This document shows positions 54,846 through 56,246 of a stretch of DNA of 56,246 bases, piece after piece. The DNA lies in contig CALVRG010000020.1 of the NCBI GenBank assembly GCA_944358505.1, forward strand, positions 1 to 56,246, in the 5' to 3' direction. This DNA comes from an uncultured Bacilli bacterium (GTDB lineage: Bacteria; Bacillota_I; Bacilli_A; RF39; UBA660). Under the pieces are notes generated by a model, which had not been told where the DNA came from, made no database searches, and was given only the letters and a program-made list of their open reading frames with translations. Positions within the stretch are counted from its first letter, which is position 1. Every line of letters starts with the position of its first letter. Position numbers and translations under genes: made by a program.

Positions 54846-55670
54846 TTAATATAATCTAGGGGCTAGTGCTTTTAAATAAGAAAGAGTATATACATAAGAA
54901 TGCTGCATTAAATCATTGACAAAACTTAAAGATTCTAACCTTAAATCAGAAATAATGCTCTTATATCTAGTCCTAGAATTTTTAGAAAGAAGTCCTAACC
55001 TAGATATATCTCTTAATATATAATCAAGCATAGCCTTATCACTTAAAGATAAATCCTCAATAGAATAATACTTAAATATTAATATTCCATCAAGGAAATC
55101 TTTAAACCCTGTTAAATATGTATCAATGTAAGTATCACGTAATTGTAACTCAATTCTCCACCAATCTACATCTTTAACCTTTTGTTCTACAGCTTTATTG
55201 TATATTCTTATAAATTTATTAGAACTCATAGATCCAAAGTAACAAGTTTCTAACTTCCCTACTCTATCATAATAATAAGCTTTTTTTCTGCTATTCAAAT
55301 CTACTATATTATATTCATATAAATTATAATTATATAAATCTATTGCTAAATCTATTCTACTAAAATGTATGTCTTTAATATAAGTTAATAATGTATCTAA
55401 TAATTTTCTAGATAATCTTGTATTTATATGATTAGGATTAAATTCTAATCTAAATTTTAAAGTTGTTATATCTATTTGTAAAAATCCAAAGTCCTTAATA
55501 TTCCAACTTTTAGTAAAAAACTGGGTATCAATTACTTTTTCAAAAAATGGTATAGGATAAGTATAAGCTATATCTATAATTGAAAAATAATAGTCTTTAT
55601 ATTTTAAAGTACCTAATATTGTCAACTTATCTATACTAAATTCACTAAAAGGTTCTATTTTATCTTGCAT
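54846..55670 (-). CDS. Replication initiation factor / relaxase of the Rep_trans family
   Basis: RBS GGAGGA plus ATG 55670 (MQDKIEPF...). FSRIDLAIDL, ETCYFGSMSSNKFIRIYNK and WWRIELQLRD match the conserved blocks of Rep_trans proteins (pT181 RepC / Tn916 Orf20 type). Confidence 0.65.
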   Translation of the reverse strand: MQDKIEPFSEFSIDKLTILGTLKYKDYYFSIIDIAYTYPIPFFEKVIDTQFFTKSWNIKDFGFLQIDITTLKFRLEFNPNHINTRLSRKLLDTLLTYIKDIHFSRIDLAIDLYNYNLYEYNIVDLNSRKKAYYYDRVGKLETCYFGSMSSNKFIRIYNKAVEQKVKDVDWWRIELQLRDTYIDTYLTGFKDFLDGILIFKYYSIEDLSLSDKAMLDYILRDISRLGLLSKNSRTRYKSIISDLRLESLSFVNDLMQHSYVYTLSYLKALAPRLY

Positions 55671-55680
55671 ATATCCTCCA

Positions 55681-55836
55681 TCAATAAATATAAAAGTTTT
55701 TATGTATATGAGCAACTATAGTAGTAATACTATTTGATAACTCACGATAATCAGAACGAGATAAATTTTTATCATTTAACATATTAAACAATAAATATTC
55801 TAAACATCTTAAATCATTTAAACTAATCTTTTTCAT
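55681..55836 (-). CDS. Small hypothetical protein (51 aa) immediately upstream of rep
   Basis: MKKISLNDLRCLEYLLFNMLNDKNLSRSDYRELSNSITTIVAHIHKNFYIY*. Its start overlaps the stop of the upstream ORF (ATGA). Confidence 0.4.
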   Translation of the reverse strand: MKKISLNDLRCLEYLLFNMLNDKNLSRSDYRELSNSITTIVAHIHKNFYIY

Positions 55837-55970
55837 TTTTTTATACCTTTCTTTAAATTTTGATCATCATAAAAAATAACACCCAAGACTAAAATTAAAT
55901 ATAAAAATGAAACAATTATAATTAAAATAGATAAAATAAATAAAATAATATCAAAAATATAAAATATCAT
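55833..55970 (-). CDS. Small hydrophobic protein (45 aa)
   Basis: RBS GGAGG plus ATG 55970. MIFYIFDIILFILSILIIIVSFLYLILVLGVIFYDDQNLKKGIKK*. Confidence 0.4.
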   Translation of the reverse strand: MIFYIFDIILFILSILIIIVSFLYLILVLGVIFYDDQNLKKGIKK

Positions 55971-55993
55971 AAACAACCTCCAAATTTTAAAAA

Positions 55994-56070
55994 TTCCCAA
56001 CAAATGGGAAGATTACCCTATGTTATAGATGGGTAATCTTTTCTAGCCCGCTTCGCGGGGCTTAGAAAAG
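55994..56070. other. Cluster of three consecutive stem-loops, the last GC-rich; candidate origin / nick region for the Rep_trans protein
   Basis: TTCCCA/TGGGAA (55994-56010). AAGATTACCC/GGGTAATCTT with a 12-nt loop (56009-56040). CTTTTCTAGCCCGC..GCGGGGCTTAGAAAAG (56038-56070), imperfect, with no following U-run on the coding (minus) strand. Confidence 0.45.
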
Positions 56071-56238
56071 CTTCTCACTTAATAAATTAATATCATTTTC
56101 ATTTAATTTAACTGAATTATAAGTACCATGATCAATAAGCGGTTTATCAGCATTTAGCGGCCTTAAATAACAAGTATCATAAGCCTTATAAACCTTTCTA
56201 AAATTAACTAAAAATATCTTACTTTTAATATCTTTCAT
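56062..56238 (-). CDS. Small hypothetical protein (58 aa)
   Basis: ATG 56238 ... TAA 56062-56064: MKDIKSKIFLVNFRKVYKAYDTCYLRPLNADKPLIDHGTYNSVKLNENDINLLSEKLF*. Confidence 0.35.
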   Translation of the reverse strand: MKDIKSKIFLVNFRKVYKAYDTCYLRPLNADKPLIDHGTYNSVKLNENDINLLSEKLF

Positions 56239-56246
56239 TTTCCTTA

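Larger units (their letters stand above)
53700..56246. mobile_element. Left part of an integrated or plasmid-derived element encoding a Rep_trans-type initiator/relaxase; the left boundary is not determinable and it extends beyond the window
   Basis: After the last core gene (DUF1540) comes about 600 bp of non-coding DNA with G-rich repeat motifs. Then follows a minus-strand module of small ORFs plus a Rep_trans-like gene and a stem-loop cluster. Confidence 0.5.

Overview
Very AT-rich chromosomal segment (by eye about 25-30% G+C) from a low-GC, apparently spore-forming member of the Bacillota. Sporulation markers include cotJB/cotJC, a spoVID-like/CotS-like pair, sirA-yneF, and DUF1540 and DUF421 proteins. 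Several neighbourhoods recall Bacillus subtilis: tkt-sirA-yneF with lexA nearby, xerD-deoB, and lon upstream of the spoVID pair. Most of the window is housekeeping: NfeD/SPFH, a MacB-type ABC exporter, smc, hemW, lon, dnaI, a two-component system, glmS, tkt, gltX, polA, mutM, pyk, gmk, tmcAL, xerD and deoB. Five dispersed single tRNA genes are present.

Both window edges lie in mobile DNA.
- Left edge: the tail of a probable large serine recombinase, followed by a junction with the 3' remnant of a SEDS (ftsW/rodA/spoVE-type) gene.
- Right edge, from about 53.7 kb: a Rep_trans replication/relaxase-type gene with small ORFs and a cluster of stem-loops.

The most unusual structure I can support directly is a 5.5-kb accessory segment (29.8-35.3 kb).
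- It is bracketed by two convergent, unrelated tRNA genes. Each is followed, exactly from its CCA end, by the same ~87-nt two-hairpin trailer in inverted orientation.
- Both hairpins differ between the copies by compensatory base-pair changes.
- The segment carries a class B sortase, a beta-helix surface protein with an NPETS sorting signal, and unknown proteins.

Other points worth a second look:
- a PepC/bleomycin-hydrolase homologue whose catalytic Cys is replaced by Ser;
- an unannotated 55-aa membrane ORF divergent from lexA behind a LexA-box promoter (candidate SOS division inhibitor);
- a CotJA-CotJB fusion;
- tRNA-Gln butted against gltX;
- glmS without a glmS ribozyme;
- two tandem orphan pilin genes;
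- two genes interrupted at A7 tracts.

No CRISPR array, rRNA or recognisable riboswitch was seen. All family calls come from motif recognition by eye. No database search was possible.
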